DNA of 64,000 nucleotides, from contig CM060731.1 of the NCBI GenBank assembly GCA_030704615.1, positions 45,508,001 through 45,572,000 of the forward strand, read 5' to 3'. The translations under genes were made by a program, and so were the position numbers. The notes under the pieces are model-generated. The model saw only the letters and a list, made by a program, of their open reading frames with translations, had not been told where the DNA came from and did not search any database. Below, piece by piece: positions 14,477 through 27,500 of this stretch (position 1 is its first letter; the number at the start of each line of letters is the position of its first letter). This DNA comes from Takakia lepidozioides (taxonomy: Eukaryota; Plantae; Bryophyta).

Positions 14477-14745
14477 ATGGCGGATACGTCCAGATGGGTG
14501 GTGATTTATCCCGTCTACATAAATTCAAAGAAGACTCTGGCAGAGGGTCGTCGCATTGTCTCTAGCAAGGCTGTGGAAAACCCATCCAGTGCGGAGATCT
14601 ACCAATGCTGCCACCACTTAAATTTCTCCTGCGTTGATGAGGTTTTCGCTCTGTCTTCTCTTTCTTCCACCCTCCGCTGTAACAATTCAATCTTATTTCA
14701 TTTGATAATCTGTTCAGCTGTTGTATGAAACCGGTGGATTGAATA

Positions 14746-14788
<43 letters not shown>

Positions 14789-16310
14789 AATTTTTCCACT
14801 GCAGAGGGGTCAACTCTGAGGTTAAGAAAACCATGCTTTGTCGCGTTGTCGCGTTATTAGACCTGCCTTGGAGTACGGATCTGCTATATGGGTTGATAAC
14901 TCCAACCAGGCTAAGTCTCTAGAATCCATTCAAGTGGGGGTGCTTAAGGAGTGTATGTCAGCATGCTCCAAAACAGCCAATGTGGCTGTTCGGGGTGAGT
15001 TTAGCATTCCGTCCTTAAGCTCCCGACGAGATGAATTCAAGGTCAGATGGTGGGGTCAGCTGCAACATATGCCCAACACCAGATATCCTAAGTTAATCGA
15101 CTCTATATCTTGGAAACAGGACCGCCCTGTCAAACAGGCTAAGTCCTGGCAGAAGAGAGTAGAAGAGATCCTCAAGGACCTGGACCTGGATCCGCAAGTC
15201 TTGACCCTGCTGGATAAATCTGACTTAGAGGCTGTAGTGTCCTCAGCCATGTCTGTTGCCATGAGATTGTCTGATGAAAATGAAGTTAGGCAGAAAACTT
15301 CCCTGAACTTGTTTCCAGTCTGTGACATGGGGGAGGACATCTTGGATGACCTCAAGGGTCTACCCACTCTCGGCACTAGACTGAAATTTAAACTCAGGGC
15401 AGGAAGCCTACCTTTGAACAGCAAACAGAAGCAGAGAGGAAAGGGAGAGTGCAATTGGCCGTTGTGTGGGCAATCTGAAGACAGTATTCATTTTCTGATA
15501 CACTGTCCGGGGTTCTCTCACCAAAGAGACGCTCTCTTCAAATCTATTAAGGGAATTGTGCCTGTACCCCTGTTTACCAACTTTGAAAGTCTTGAGGCTG
15601 AGCCAAAAGCCCAGGCCCTCCTGAGGCCTAGTTTTTGGGCAAATCACACACAGCAGATTGATGCTTGTGTGAAGGGATTTCTAGAGGATATCTGGAAAAC
15701 CCGGATTAATTCTTTATATGGAGGTAAGTCTTACTACCAACGTCAGCCCCTGACAGAGGTAGGTTCTGTCCCTTTTGTTCCCGCTCAAAGTGGGCGCGGG
15801 GTCAATGGCCACAAGGCTACGGCAAACAACGTCTTATGAGTACAATCTCTCTCTCTCTCTCTTCAGTTATGTAGTGTACTCTGTTGTTGAGGTTTGAGCG
15901 TTTGCTGGGGTGGCTAGGTGGACAAAGCGTACTCCAGAGATTTCATGCAAAGAGGGCGTGTAAGAGTGCAGATCAAAAGAGAGGATGGCTCGTTTGTCAA
16001 TCCGCTTATCCCTACGCGTGAGTCTCCTCACATTATTGATTTTGGGGCCCTTGCCATTGACTGGGCGGATATTTGGTGATGAGGCAACTTACTTAAAGAA
16101 CCCTTATATTGATCCTGTCAATTCTATCCTCAAAAAAGTTCCGGATTGAGGTGGTTTTTTTTCTGCACAGGGAAGGCCCTTATGCTGAAGGTGGCTGAAC
16201 TGCTGCCGAAGCTCACGACTCGCATTAAGAAGCATGAGCAAGCGGCCACAACCTCGGGCTCCAGCGCTCCCACAGGAAAATCAGGGAAGTCCAGCAAAAA
16301 GAAAAAGTAA
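14477..16310 (+). CDS. SRP19: Signal recognition particle 19 kDa protein
   Basis: Exons 14477-14641, 15918-16017 and 16171-16310: WVVIYPVYINSKKTLAEGRRI...VDKAYSRDFMQRGRVRVQIK...basic tail KSSKKKK*. Confidence 0.95.
14748..14787. repeat. (CT)n microsatellite, target of the LINE insertion; resumes at ~15846-15862
   Basis: About 20 CT units seen directly. Confidence 0.95.
14786..15845 (+). mobile_element. 5'-truncated LINE (ORF2 C-terminal part) in SRP19 intron 1
   Basis: ORF 14838-15839 has IRPALEYGSAIW, the RT thumb region, and a C-terminal C-x-x-C...EDSIHFLIHCP zinc-knuckle remnant; it is flanked on both sides by CT repeats. Confidence 0.9.
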
Positions 16311-17565
16311 TTCTCGTCACTCAGAAGAGAGTTGCCCTAACATTGGTGTTTGGATGTTGGGTCGCGACACTTCGTGTACATTGGCAAAGCACTGTCGGGC
16401 CATTACCTTGTCATCATTGAGTGTGGTCAGTGAGTAGAGCACCAGACTGTGTTCCAAGGTTTCTGGAGAAGAGCTTGGATATAGTGAATTATGTTATAGG
16501 AGACTGTGTGTACATTCCCACCGCAGTCCATAAGGATTTTAGTCACCTATTCTTTGTCATTCCAGTTCGATGATTAGCCAAGTGGATATTCATATATGGG
16601 ATTGTTGCAAATTTGGGAGTGTTGGTCTCATCGTGGGTGCTAGGCTGTGCCAGAGTAGTTGTATGATTATATTTGCATGATCCCACTGCGCCGATATGAA
16701 GAGACTCACCTCCGAGGCTCTGTAGCATCTTCTGCTCTGTATCAGCCACCCTCCAAAGTTTTGTTGTGTGTTGCTTGAAGTGTCAGTTGGCGAGTATGAG
16801 CAAACCCTCAATTTGCATGGATCTGTTTGGTTACTAAAGATGTAATCAGCTTGTTGTTGAAATTTTGTTCAAAGTTCAGCATTAGACCTCTCTTCTGGCC
16901 AAGGAAAAAGAAAATGACATAGGATCTCTGATGTAGACCAGTGAATAGTTAAAGGTTCAAACAGCAAAAGATGGAGAGAGAAAACTATACCATGTGCAGC
17001 TTGGCACCAAATGCTGGAGTGAAGTCCAGCAGAATGTCAATAGATGTCTTTCGAACACAGATCTCTGGGCCTGCCTGGATACATCCAGCTTCAAAACTAC
17101 AATTTAGACCTGGAAGTGCATGGCATAAAAATCTACCCTGCAAACAAGGAAAGAAAGGATGAGGCTTCGAAAGGGTACAAAACGCAAATTGAAAACGAAG
17201 TGCACCAGTGGAAGATATCAAACTTGCAATAGAGCCAATCCAAAACCATCACTAACCTGCTTGACAGGTACTTCTCCTTTCTCACCACCATAAACTCCTG
17301 ACGGTCAATTTCAACAAAGACAACTTTGACAAGACTTGAGTATCACACACTGAGACTGGTCACCAAAATCACCCAAATACACGCCACCACCTCGCCCATG
17401 ACATACATTCGCCTGATTCTCGGAGAGGCTGATAAAGCAACACAAACAGAGTTCAACAAATAGATGAAAGAGCTACAGTATTGATAACTTGAGGACAGGG
17501 ACTGCAGAAAAACACAATTTCCATAATGTGAAGACAGGCTTCGTTGTGGATCCCATATATATACA

Positions 17566-19510
17566 CTAGGGTAGACTGTGCCGTTGGCCCAAGTGTCCAA
17601 TGTCATCTAAGTCCAAGTGCATCAATATATGGAGCAAGCCATATCTAATCAATTTTTTTCCACAGAGCCTACACCAGATTTGAACCGGAGACCTTTCCCT
17701 TGATATCTCCAAGTGCTATCCCCTATATATCCAATATATAGGGGATATGTCTCCTATGTCGAGCCTCAAATGCGACCTCTAGGGTAGCTTGTCCCCTTGG
17801 CCCAAATGCCCAGTGTCATCTAAGCCCAAGTGCAAGATCTCATATGTATCCTAGTGCGTCTACTAAGTGAGGCCCAAGTATTGGCCCAAGTGTCCACTGT
17901 CATCTAAGTCCAAGTGCAATCCCCTGCAATCCCCTACGTATCAAAGTGGGTTTCCTATGTCAATTCCCAAATGCAACCTCTAGGGTAGCCTTTGCCGTTG
18001 GCCCAAGTGTCCAATGTCATCTAAGTTGTTTTTTTCACATAGCCTACGACCAGATTTGAACCGGAGACCTTTACCTTGATATCTCTCCCTACGAGGCTCC
18101 AACCATTGTCCCGTGAATGCCCACTTTGCCAATTTTGCTATTTTTTTGTGAATTTCCAGCGACCAAAAGTACTTGGAATTCCACATTTATCTCACGACTG
18201 GTCCGAAAATCATGAGACCAAGCCGGTGCACCCCTCCTCATCGAGAGCTTTCCAACGGCACCGAGCACCCGCGCTGGGCCCGCGGTTTGGGAGATCTCAA
18301 CAACGCTACAAAACAAAACAAAACAAAACAAACGTCTCGATTCATATATTGACTAGGGTAGTCTGTGCCATTGGCCCAAGTGTCCAGTGTCATCTAAGCC
18401 CAAGTGCAATCTCCTATATATCCAAGTGTGTCTCCTATGTATCCAAAGGCATCTCCCTCCTCTCTCTTCTGCCCAGGTGCCTTCTTCACCCACCCCCTGC
18501 TTCATTTACCAGATTTTATCAAAAAGTACTAACAGATGCTGGATGTTGGGTGGCAAAGACAATCCACTAGGAGGGGAAAAGACACCTGCTCCCAGCCATA
18601 AACTTATCAGGGAATGTACCATGTGGAACCCTCCCATCGGATGGATCTCTGCAAGTCAGATACCCACACTTCAAAATACTCTTTGAAGCAGATTTCTTTC
18701 CTAGGGATGTATCAATCCTATCAGTAACCATCTCGGCAATCTCGTCAGACCAGTTCCAACCTTTCCCAATAGGTCCCACCTTAAACAAACTCAGGGGCAT
18801 TTTCATTCTTATCAAAAATAAAACCAAAGTACCCCCACCAAGTTTTGTCTGGGTTAACTCTCTTTGCCCAAGGGATCGCAGAGTAAAATTCATTTTCCTG
18901 CACAATAGGCCATCAAATGGGACTTCGAGTCCAAGCCTATTGTCACATCTAAGCCCAAGCCAATCTTCTGTTCATGTATCCAAGTGCATCTCCCATGTAG
19001 ATGCCCAAGTGTCCAGTGTCATATAAGCCCAAGTGCAATATCCTATGTATCCAAGTACGTCTCCCATGTAAGGCCCAATTTATTTTTTCCATGAATTTAT
19101 TGAGTAGTAATATAACCGATCATTTGCTGTCGAGGCTCCAATCATGTAGTATGTGCCGTTCGCCCAAGTGTCCAATGTCATCTAAGTCAAACCATATCTA
19201 ATCAATTTTTTTCCACAGAGCCTACGACCAGATTTGAACCGGAGACCCATTGAGGCTCCAACCATTGTCCCAAGAATGCCCACTTTGCAATTTTTTCTAT
19301 TTTTGTATCCAGCGACCAAAATTACTTGGAATTCCACATCTCTCTCACCGCTTGTCCAAAAATCATGAGACCAAGCCGGTGCACCCCTCCTCCTCGAGGG
19401 CTTTCCAACGGCACCAAGCACCGGGGCTGCGGCCGCGGTTTGGGAGATCTCAACGACGCTACAAAACAAAACAAAACAAACGTCTCACTTCATATATATA
19501 TATATATTAT
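17566..19510 (-). mobile_element. Two head-to-tail non-autonomous Helitron-like units (17566-18352 and 18353-~19510)
   Basis: On the minus strand unit 1 ends ...CTACCCTAG and is directly followed by TCAATATATGAATCGAGACG (unit 2 start). Unit 2 ends ...CTACCCTAG|T. The units share a ~300-bp 5' block and an internal GCCCAAGTGTCCA-TGTCATCTAAG repeat. Confidence 0.55.
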
Positions 19511-20899
19511 TTAAAAAAAATCAAGAACAAAATATGGATTAGCTAGGATGGGATGGCAACGGAAGAGAGCTCCGCAGAAACCGGTGAGGAGGCTGAGGGA
19601 TTAGAATTTTCCACTCCCCTCCTTCTATGGACAATTCCATGCTAAGCCTCTAGACGGCTGCTTCGGATGAAAGACAGGGCAAGGACATTGCCCTAGCCAC
19701 AAATGCATTCAGCATAGAGCATAGAAGAAGAACATTAATACCTGACAATACCATAGCTCTAAGAATGCAACAGCGCAAAGCACTAAAGAGAAGAGACAAA
19801 AGGGACGGATTAGGAGCGAACTCATTAGGACGAACAAAATCTAGATGTGTCTTGATTTTAGCGATTTTTCCTATGTCACCAATTAACCTTATGATTGTCA
19901 CTTTCTAGGTAGGAACTTCATCCTTGGTCCACGTGTAGTTAAATTTTGTAGGAATCTGTTGTGTCATTTTCTCCAAGCATCTGCCTATAATAACCGAATT
20001 TGTAGCTCTAAAGGGACCCCCAAAACTTATATGCACATTGAGACCTCACAAGTTTAGCACTGGGCATTGGGTCTTATATATAACTTTATTGATCTGAAGG
20101 GATCCGAGATTTCAGGAAAAACTTGAGGTTGTGAAAAGTGGAGAAAATGTTGATACTAAAGCACCAACCGATATTAGTGCTTTGATGAGCAAAGATACCG
20201 GTCTTGGAATCGACTCCTCAAAACAATAAAATGTACGTCCAATTTCAACGCACACTCTCTAGCGAAAAAAAGAAGAAAAGAAAAATAAAAAGTAAAAAAT
20301 AAATTATGAGGCTCTAAAAATGTCGTGTGTCAATACTCACTAATTAAAAATACCAAAATTAGAAAAATGATTAAAAATGATAAAATATAATTTTTGATGC
20401 TGAAATATATATCATTCAGGCATTGTTAGAAAAAGAGGCTGCTGACAGGTTGGAAAGCAAATCTATGAGGGAGCCAGGTGACATCTCCTCGGACTCCTCG
20501 GAAATACCGTACGCTCCCCTTTCGCTGCAGGAAGCTAAGCATGAAGCAATTCAAGACATAAACGAGCCACAATCTAACCTCATGGATCTCCCAAATGTGA
20601 CTGTCGGGCAGGATCCTCGGCTACCTCGTGCGCCCCTTGTCACACAATCAGCTCTTCCATGTGAGGTACTTCTCTCACCAACTATCATCCTCTGCTTTGC
20701 TAACATGGTGAGAGACCCACAGAGATGTTGGATGTTGTGTATGAAAGGCGGGAAACTAAAGCAAAGAGACCGCAAATTTCTCCAAGTGGTGTGCTGGCCT
20801 CTAAAACGACACGAATGCGTGGCTATCCCAATTCCCCAACCTGGATGGCCCTCCTCCTCAAGACCTCTTCAGACAGCTGGGTTTGCACATCCATCCTCA

Positions 20900-21298
20900 A
20901 AGACCAAAGAACATATCAGTTCAATGGTTGTAACTTGCAACTAGATTCCAACCATATCCAGGCCCACCCATCAGAAACCACCAATCCTTAGGCATCCTCA
21001 TTGAATTGCCAGACTGCTCCGCAAAGCCGCCAGTGGGAAAGACTTGGATCAAATCCTTCATCCTGAAAGACGAGAGCAAAATTCTTTTTTAACCATAGCA
21101 GACCATCAAATATGGGCGATCAGCCCAGCCTGTCTCAAACCCAAATACCTGGAATATAAGAGGTATTGGCTCAAGCCAAACCTCTGAAAAGAAAGCCAAG
21201 ATTAAATCCTGGCTTGCTCCTTCCTTCTTCAGGATGCAATCATCTTGCTCCAAGAGCACAAACTCGACGCTTCAAAGATAAACAGTTTAGGGGATCAA
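20900..21298 (+). mobile_element. LINE remnant, start of ORF2 APE endonuclease (interrupted at 21299)
   Basis: Reads TWNIRGIG...KKAKIKSWL...AIILLQEHKL, matching the APE N-terminal motifs (SWN.RG, LQE.K). Confidence 0.7.
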
Positions 21299-21960
21299 CA
21301 CTACAACAGATCCCGGCTTTTACGTCTGCATGCAGTCATAAAAGGCTGATACGATTGGAAAGTCAGTTGTGACAAATGAGTCGTAAGCGCCATAGAGTCG
21401 TATTTGCCAGTCGTGGAGCTCACTGTTGACGTGGCAACGGGGATGCCTAATCATAGTCATTGATAAGACCGTAGTAAATGACTGCGAATCCATGTCAGCT
21501 TCACGTGGAACGGAAGGGATATGCCACATGTCACGTCCGAGGGAAGGCGACAGGGTCTTCATGACTGGCATATACGACTTCCGCGGATTAACCCTAGGAC
21601 AGCACGTGAAGAATATAACCGGGAACAACACGTGGCATGACAGGGTGACTTCCGCAGATTAACCCCAGGACAACGCGTGGATTATACTGGACAAGACACG
21701 TGGCATGACAATATGGGGTGAGAGGGTCTTTCATGACTGGCATATATGACTTCGGACGTTTAATCCCAGGTCCACACGTGGAGTCAAATTATGTAAGATG
21801 GGGGTGGGTGGTCGTTATGACTGGAACATATGACTTCCATGGCACACTCTGGATACTATACGTGGCACGAGTATGGGCGAACACGAGGGGTGAAAGTGGC
21901 ACGTGGCGGAGGCTCTGTGGATGGGAGGTAGTCGTGTACATGACTATAGCATTGAAACAC
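21299..21960 (+). mobile_element. Left end of a CACTA element with subterminal repeats
   Basis: CACTACAACAGAT at 21299 resembles the TIR at 24753; repeated ATGACTGGCATAT..GACTTC and CACGTG motifs follow. The right TIR was not located. Confidence 0.6.
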
Positions 21961-22409
21961 GAAAGCACCATTGAAAGCATATGAAAACACCATTGAAACA
22001 TGAAAGCACATTTGAAATTGGAACATCGATTCAAATACAACGTGACTTAATGTTCAGAGATCCGTTCCATAACCTAATCCGGTGCTGCTACAAAAATGCA
22101 CAAAGCAGCAAAGTCTAAGTAGACTTCCAAATGCCTGAGCAGAAGATGCATACACTGGCTTGGCAGGACTTGGTCACCTACCTTCAACTGCCATCCAACC
22201 CCGAAACGGCAGAAGATACATGAGCAAGCTTTCATGCAATATCATAGCAACAGCAACATTGACATATGTGAAACAAACTAACATCGCTAAGAATTTGTCT
22301 AAGCACCATTACACAAACTCGATGTGTGCAAAATGGAAAATTGCAGGTAGGTAACCCTTACCCCATTCTGGTAGTCAAGGACTGGAGGTTTGGGAGTTGT
22401 CTTGCTGAC

Positions 22410-22815
22410 AGGTAGCGCGGTGGCTGCAAGCATCGCACTCCACGACACCACATCTCATTCAGCCATAGTGTTGAACACTCCCTTTGCATCCTCGATGCAC
22501 CCACATTTGGCATATATGTCCACCAAGGCAGTGTTCAGAATGACATCTGATACAAATCCAGCTTTGACGATGTCACCATGGACCTCTTTCCCCTTTTCCA
22601 CAACTCCCAGCCTTGCATATGCATTGCAAACACAAACAAACGTGATGTGGTTGGGCTTCACCCTTCGCACAGCAGTTGCTCATAGGTCTCCAAAGCATTC
22701 CTACCACACCCATCCTTGGTAAATCCTACCAACATTACATTCCACGTGATCAAAGATTGTTGAGGCACTCTGTGGAAAACTTGGTGAGCATCCATGATGC
22801 TCCCACACTTAACAT
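22410..22815 (-). pseudogene. PLS-class PPR gene fragment
   Basis: VKPNHITFVCVCNAYARLG...LNTALVDIYAKCGCIEDAKGVFNTMAE*. Confidence 0.85.
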
Positions 22816-23164
22816 ACTTAGCGTGATACAAAAGCTGTAACTATTGGCCACCCTTTGAAGATAGTTATGGAGGACAAAGTGTACTCTCCCCATAATTCTA
22901 GGATTGGTAAGTCATGAATGTAGACAGGCTGGGCTGTTGAGCATGTATTCAAAATAAAAGTACTCTGGGTTTGTAGGAGTATACAATCAAGTGGTCTGAC
23001 TGGGCAGTGGGCATATTCTGATTCATTGCATATTGTGCTTGTCACTAAAAGGTCTTCCTTGTAAAGAATGTTGATCTGTCCTAAGATTGATTTACTTTGG
23101 TCAAGTCTCTCATTAACAACTTGCATCAAACAAAAGAAGGATCTCGAAGGTGCGAGGTGAAACT

Positions 23165-24520
23165 CACAAGTGCACGGCACTCTGCATATTATCCAAGCCG
23201 AAGTGATCTTGACTTGTTGTAGAATTAGGAAGGCTACACCCGTCAAGTTATTGAAACTATCCCAGCCAATACAAAAACGGAAGTGAACCCAATGAAGATG
23301 GTATCTGCCCCTTAAGTTGATTGCCATTTAGAGCTCTGTACACACATAAAGCAAACAAATAAACATTCAACATCAAATCCACACAATATCTCAATAGAAG
23401 CTTCCAAGTGTGATGACTTAGGTCTGTCAGCCATCTACAAATTCAGCCCACAGAAAATCATTGTAAAAAATGACTCTGGACAACCTACAAATAATAACGA
23501 ACCCAAGCATTGCTGGTGCAGTGATTGCTACAGTTCCTTATTCATAACAAAGCTACTCAGAACACTCCCCGAAAGGATCGCAACATGATTGGCAACCTTG
23601 AGGCCCTGGCTTAGCAATTATCAGCAGGTCATATATAATAAAAATTCTAATTTTGCTTGCACTTCTCACAGGATATGGATGTAGTTGACATGCATACAAA
23701 TATAAGAGCTCATCTGTATGGATGAGTGGGGGTAAAAAGTTACACCTTTCTCCATGATGGTATGCACTTGAAGAACGTAATTCCTCTCTGACCACTTTTG
23801 AACACTGCATCCTGACAGAAATTATAACCAGTCATGTCAAAGATGGTGCCACAGTAAGAGAATGAAACCTACTAATCTAATCTCTTCCACCAAATCGAGT
23901 TTGACTCACAAGCAAAACATATCTGGTGCCACCATGTCATTCAGTTGCATAAAAGAAGCCAGACTTACAGGCTCGTAAGACGAACCAGATCACCAAGCTC
24001 AGTAGGCAAGTTTCCATTAAAGTTGTTAAATGAGAGCTCCCTGCCAACTCCACGGCAAAAGCACAGTAGTTCTGAAAGTTAGAACATTCCACTCCCATGG
24101 CGAAGGCTGGCTAAATGCCCTAACAGGGGTAGCCTAATCAGGCCCACCATGTTATGAACATCCCTCCATGACTCTTGTGATGAAGCCCACACTAGGTCGA
24201 GGGCCTGGTGAAAGGGATGTGTTGCCATAACATGCGCTAGGTCCTTTTCACTTGAGAGAAGCATTTAGCCTTACCACTGAAAACCATTACTTCAAGCTCC
24301 AAAACTTCACTAATTCAAGTGTAGACAACAAGGATTGCTGGTCAAACATTAGCATCCAAAAAATGGGCCCCGACCTTTCTTTCCCAGACCATCCATTTAT
24401 CACATTGACATGAAAATCCACCCGAAATAAAACAAGGTCACATACTTACAGTTTTAGTAGATTGACAAGTAGTCCAAAAGAGGAAAGGATAGTCCCAGTG
24501 TATGACATGCTACAGAGAAT
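23165..24520 (-). pseudogene. LRR-VIII-1-type receptor kinase ectodomain fragment with introns retained
   Basis: ~72-nt LRR exons ILCSMSYTGTILSSFGLLVNLLKL and ELSFNNFNGNLPTELGDLVRLTSL, plus ALNGNQLKGQIPSSLGSLPFLYWL...FGLDNMQSAVH, with AG/GT borders and frame damage. Confidence 0.75.
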
Positions 24521-27500
24521 CCTGCAAAAGCATCATACAAGGACCATTATTAGCTTCACCCAAATGTCAAGTCTGTCCAAAGTTTCTCCTCATCTCTGTT
24601 ATCTGTTTTTCGACACTTTCCTGCAGTCATATCGGCATTAATTTGTCAAAGTCACTCTAAACGGCCACCACATATCCACCCCAACGAGCTCACTTACAGA
24701 ATTCAATATGCATCTCGGGGCCAAGTCTGATGAGAGGGTAAAACAAGCTAAACACTACTACAGATTAACGTTTTTATGACTACGGGTGATATAAACCTTG
24801 GTAACCATGACTATATATGTGACTACGAAGTGATGAAACCCATTGTTGGGTGCATTTTAATATATTTTAATCTAATGCAGTCATACATTTTACTACATGA
24901 CTAGGAGCCGCGGTCAAACATTGTTGACTAAGTACATAGGCTTGGTTTATATAACTAGTAGTCATACGCAATACTACACGTCAGACACGTGTCATATAAG
25001 CTTATGACTAAATGACTACACCACTACTACACATTGATGACATGCCATAGAAGCTTATGACTATATGACTACAAGAGGTTTCACAGCTCTGTTTATATGA
25101 CTACATCACCACACGTGGCATCTTAAGGTATATACATGAATGGGTTCATCCATTGGATGACCTCATCCATCTATCTTTAACGAAGCACTTGTGTCAATGA
25201 AATGACACAAAGTGCAAAAAATTAAAAAATTAAAAAAATTGCTTTAGGGTTGCCCACATTCAGCCGCGAACACGGAGGGCTGGGACTTAGCCTCCTTTTG
25301 TCTCCCTTCGCTACCATATGTTTTCGTAGTATCGAGCCGAAGCAATGAGAACTTGTGTCATGGAACGCGATGATAGCAGGATATGCAATGCAAGGGCGTG
25401 GGATTGAGGCTTTGTGACCTATTCTTGAGCAACTGGTGTAGCTTTCTTGAGCTTATTCTTGAGCAAATGATGCAGGAAGGGCGAGGATATGCAAGGGGGG
25501 GTGTGGTATAGAGGCTTCGGAGACGTACGAGCAAATAATGCGGGAAGGGGTGAAGCCGGACCGGATCACGTTCGTTTAAGTTTGCAATGCGTGTGCGAGC
25601 CTGGCAGCCCTGGAGAAGGGTAAAAGGTCCATGGTGCCATTGTCAATTTGGAGTTGTACCCGATGTCTGAACAATTGAGGATGCAAAGGGAGTGTTTGAG
25701 AATTCGGCTGAACGAAATGTCGTGTCCTGGAGCGTGACGATCACGGGATATTCCCCAGCATGGATGCGGGATGGAGGCATTGGAGACCTATGAGCAAATG
25801 ATGCGGGAAGGGGTAAGGCCAGACCTGGTCACGTTCGTTTGTATATGCAATGCGTGTGCGAGCCTGCCAGCCCTGGAAAAGGGCAAAGAGGTTCATGGTG
25901 ACATCATCAGAGCTGGAATTGTACCCGACGTCATTGGAACAATACCCTCGTGGACATGCATGCGAAATGTGGGTGCGTCGAGGATGCGAAGGGAGTTTGC
26001 AACAGTATGGCTGAACGATGGTTGCAGGGTATGCACAGCAACGTCGCGTTTGGAGACCTATGATCAAATGATGGCGGAAGGGGTGAAGCCCGACCACATC
26101 CAATGCATGTGCAAGCCTGGCGGTTGAGCCCATCAGACCTACACCTGCTGTAAGTCCAGATCAAGCTCTTCCAGACACACTTGTGCCTCTATCTCACATG
26201 GTGGGCACAACAGTGACACAAGAATGCTTGGTTTGGAAAGTAGAATAATCTGAAAGAGTATCATGCTGAAGCTACTTAATCACTGAAGCTAACGTTGCCC
26301 ACAGAATGTAATCCATCAGCAGCTGGCCTAGTGGGTGCTAGACTTTCCCTTGAAATTCTTAGGTCAGAGTCTACTGCGAAATCTTCACTGATGCTCAAAG
26401 TCATTCATGTTAATCCTGGTTATGTGTATGGTAGCCAAACCGAAGGGCTCAAGGGAGAGTTTACTTCATTGGTCAAAGTGTTCAAAAGAAGCAGCTCAAC
26501 CATTCATTTAGAGTGTAAAGAAGGCAGTAATCATGCAGGAAATTCTCTTATTTTCCATCTTCACTTCAGCCTTCTCTTCCCTTGTTCTCTGTGAGGGGCA
26601 TCTATGACCTTAATTGCATAGCATCCTGAAAATAGTTCGGTTTTGAGTCATTGTTGTGCAGCAAAGGAGCCGGCAGCCTTGCTGCCCCCCTCAACATGTT
26701 ACAGCCTCATCATCTAAAGTAAATTATTGTAATTGACATGCACACCGCCGCCCCTCTTATTCCTTTCTGAACCTATGGTTGGTATGTGTTCTCTCCTATT
26801 TCTGTTCCCTATCAAAATCCACCTTCCTCCTTCCCCTTTACCCGTCACACTCAGAAGTAGAGAATGTTTGCAATTGCAAGATGGGCTTACTTGTAGAAAG
26901 AATGACAAGAGACACTCACCAGTGTCATCATGCAACATCTAATGGTTGCAAGGAGCTGAAAGTTTACTGAGATTACAGGGCTTCATATACAAGGGTAGCC
27001 GCTGAGCTGACACGAATGTATGACCAGGATCGGAGCAGATGACCAACATGTTCGCATGAGGAACTGGGACAAGGCTCCTTAATTGTAAGTGGGTGGCACT
27101 CACTGCAACAAATTCCACAACATTATTAGGAAACAGGTAATGAGCAGCAAACATTGGTGACTATTCATTGGAAAAGGGCAAAGAGGTCCATGATGACATT
27201 ATCAGAGCTGGAATTGTACCCGATGTCACTCTAAACAGTACTCTCATGGACATGTATGCAAAATGTGGGTGCATCGAGGATGCAAAGGGAGTGTTCAACA
27301 TAATGGCTGAACGAGATGTGGTGTCATGGAGTGCGATGATTGCAGGATATGCACAGCAAGGGCACGGGATGGAGGCTTTGGAGACCTATGAGCACCTTCT
27401 TCAACACATTTCAGCCTGTTTCCCCTGTTATCAGAGTCGTCCCTAAATTTTCAGGTTGAATTCTGCAAAGTTAGCTCGTTGGTGCAAAAAGGTGAATGCC

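Noticed and set aside
10238-14786. Chromosomal inversion joining the two LINE pieces
   Set aside because: Re-inverting this segment would break both FBPase and SRP19, which are intact in the present orientation.
18040-18115. tRNA gene
   Set aside because: A- and B-box-like motifs are present but I could not fold an acceptor stem or cloverleaf, and the segment is part of a repeat.
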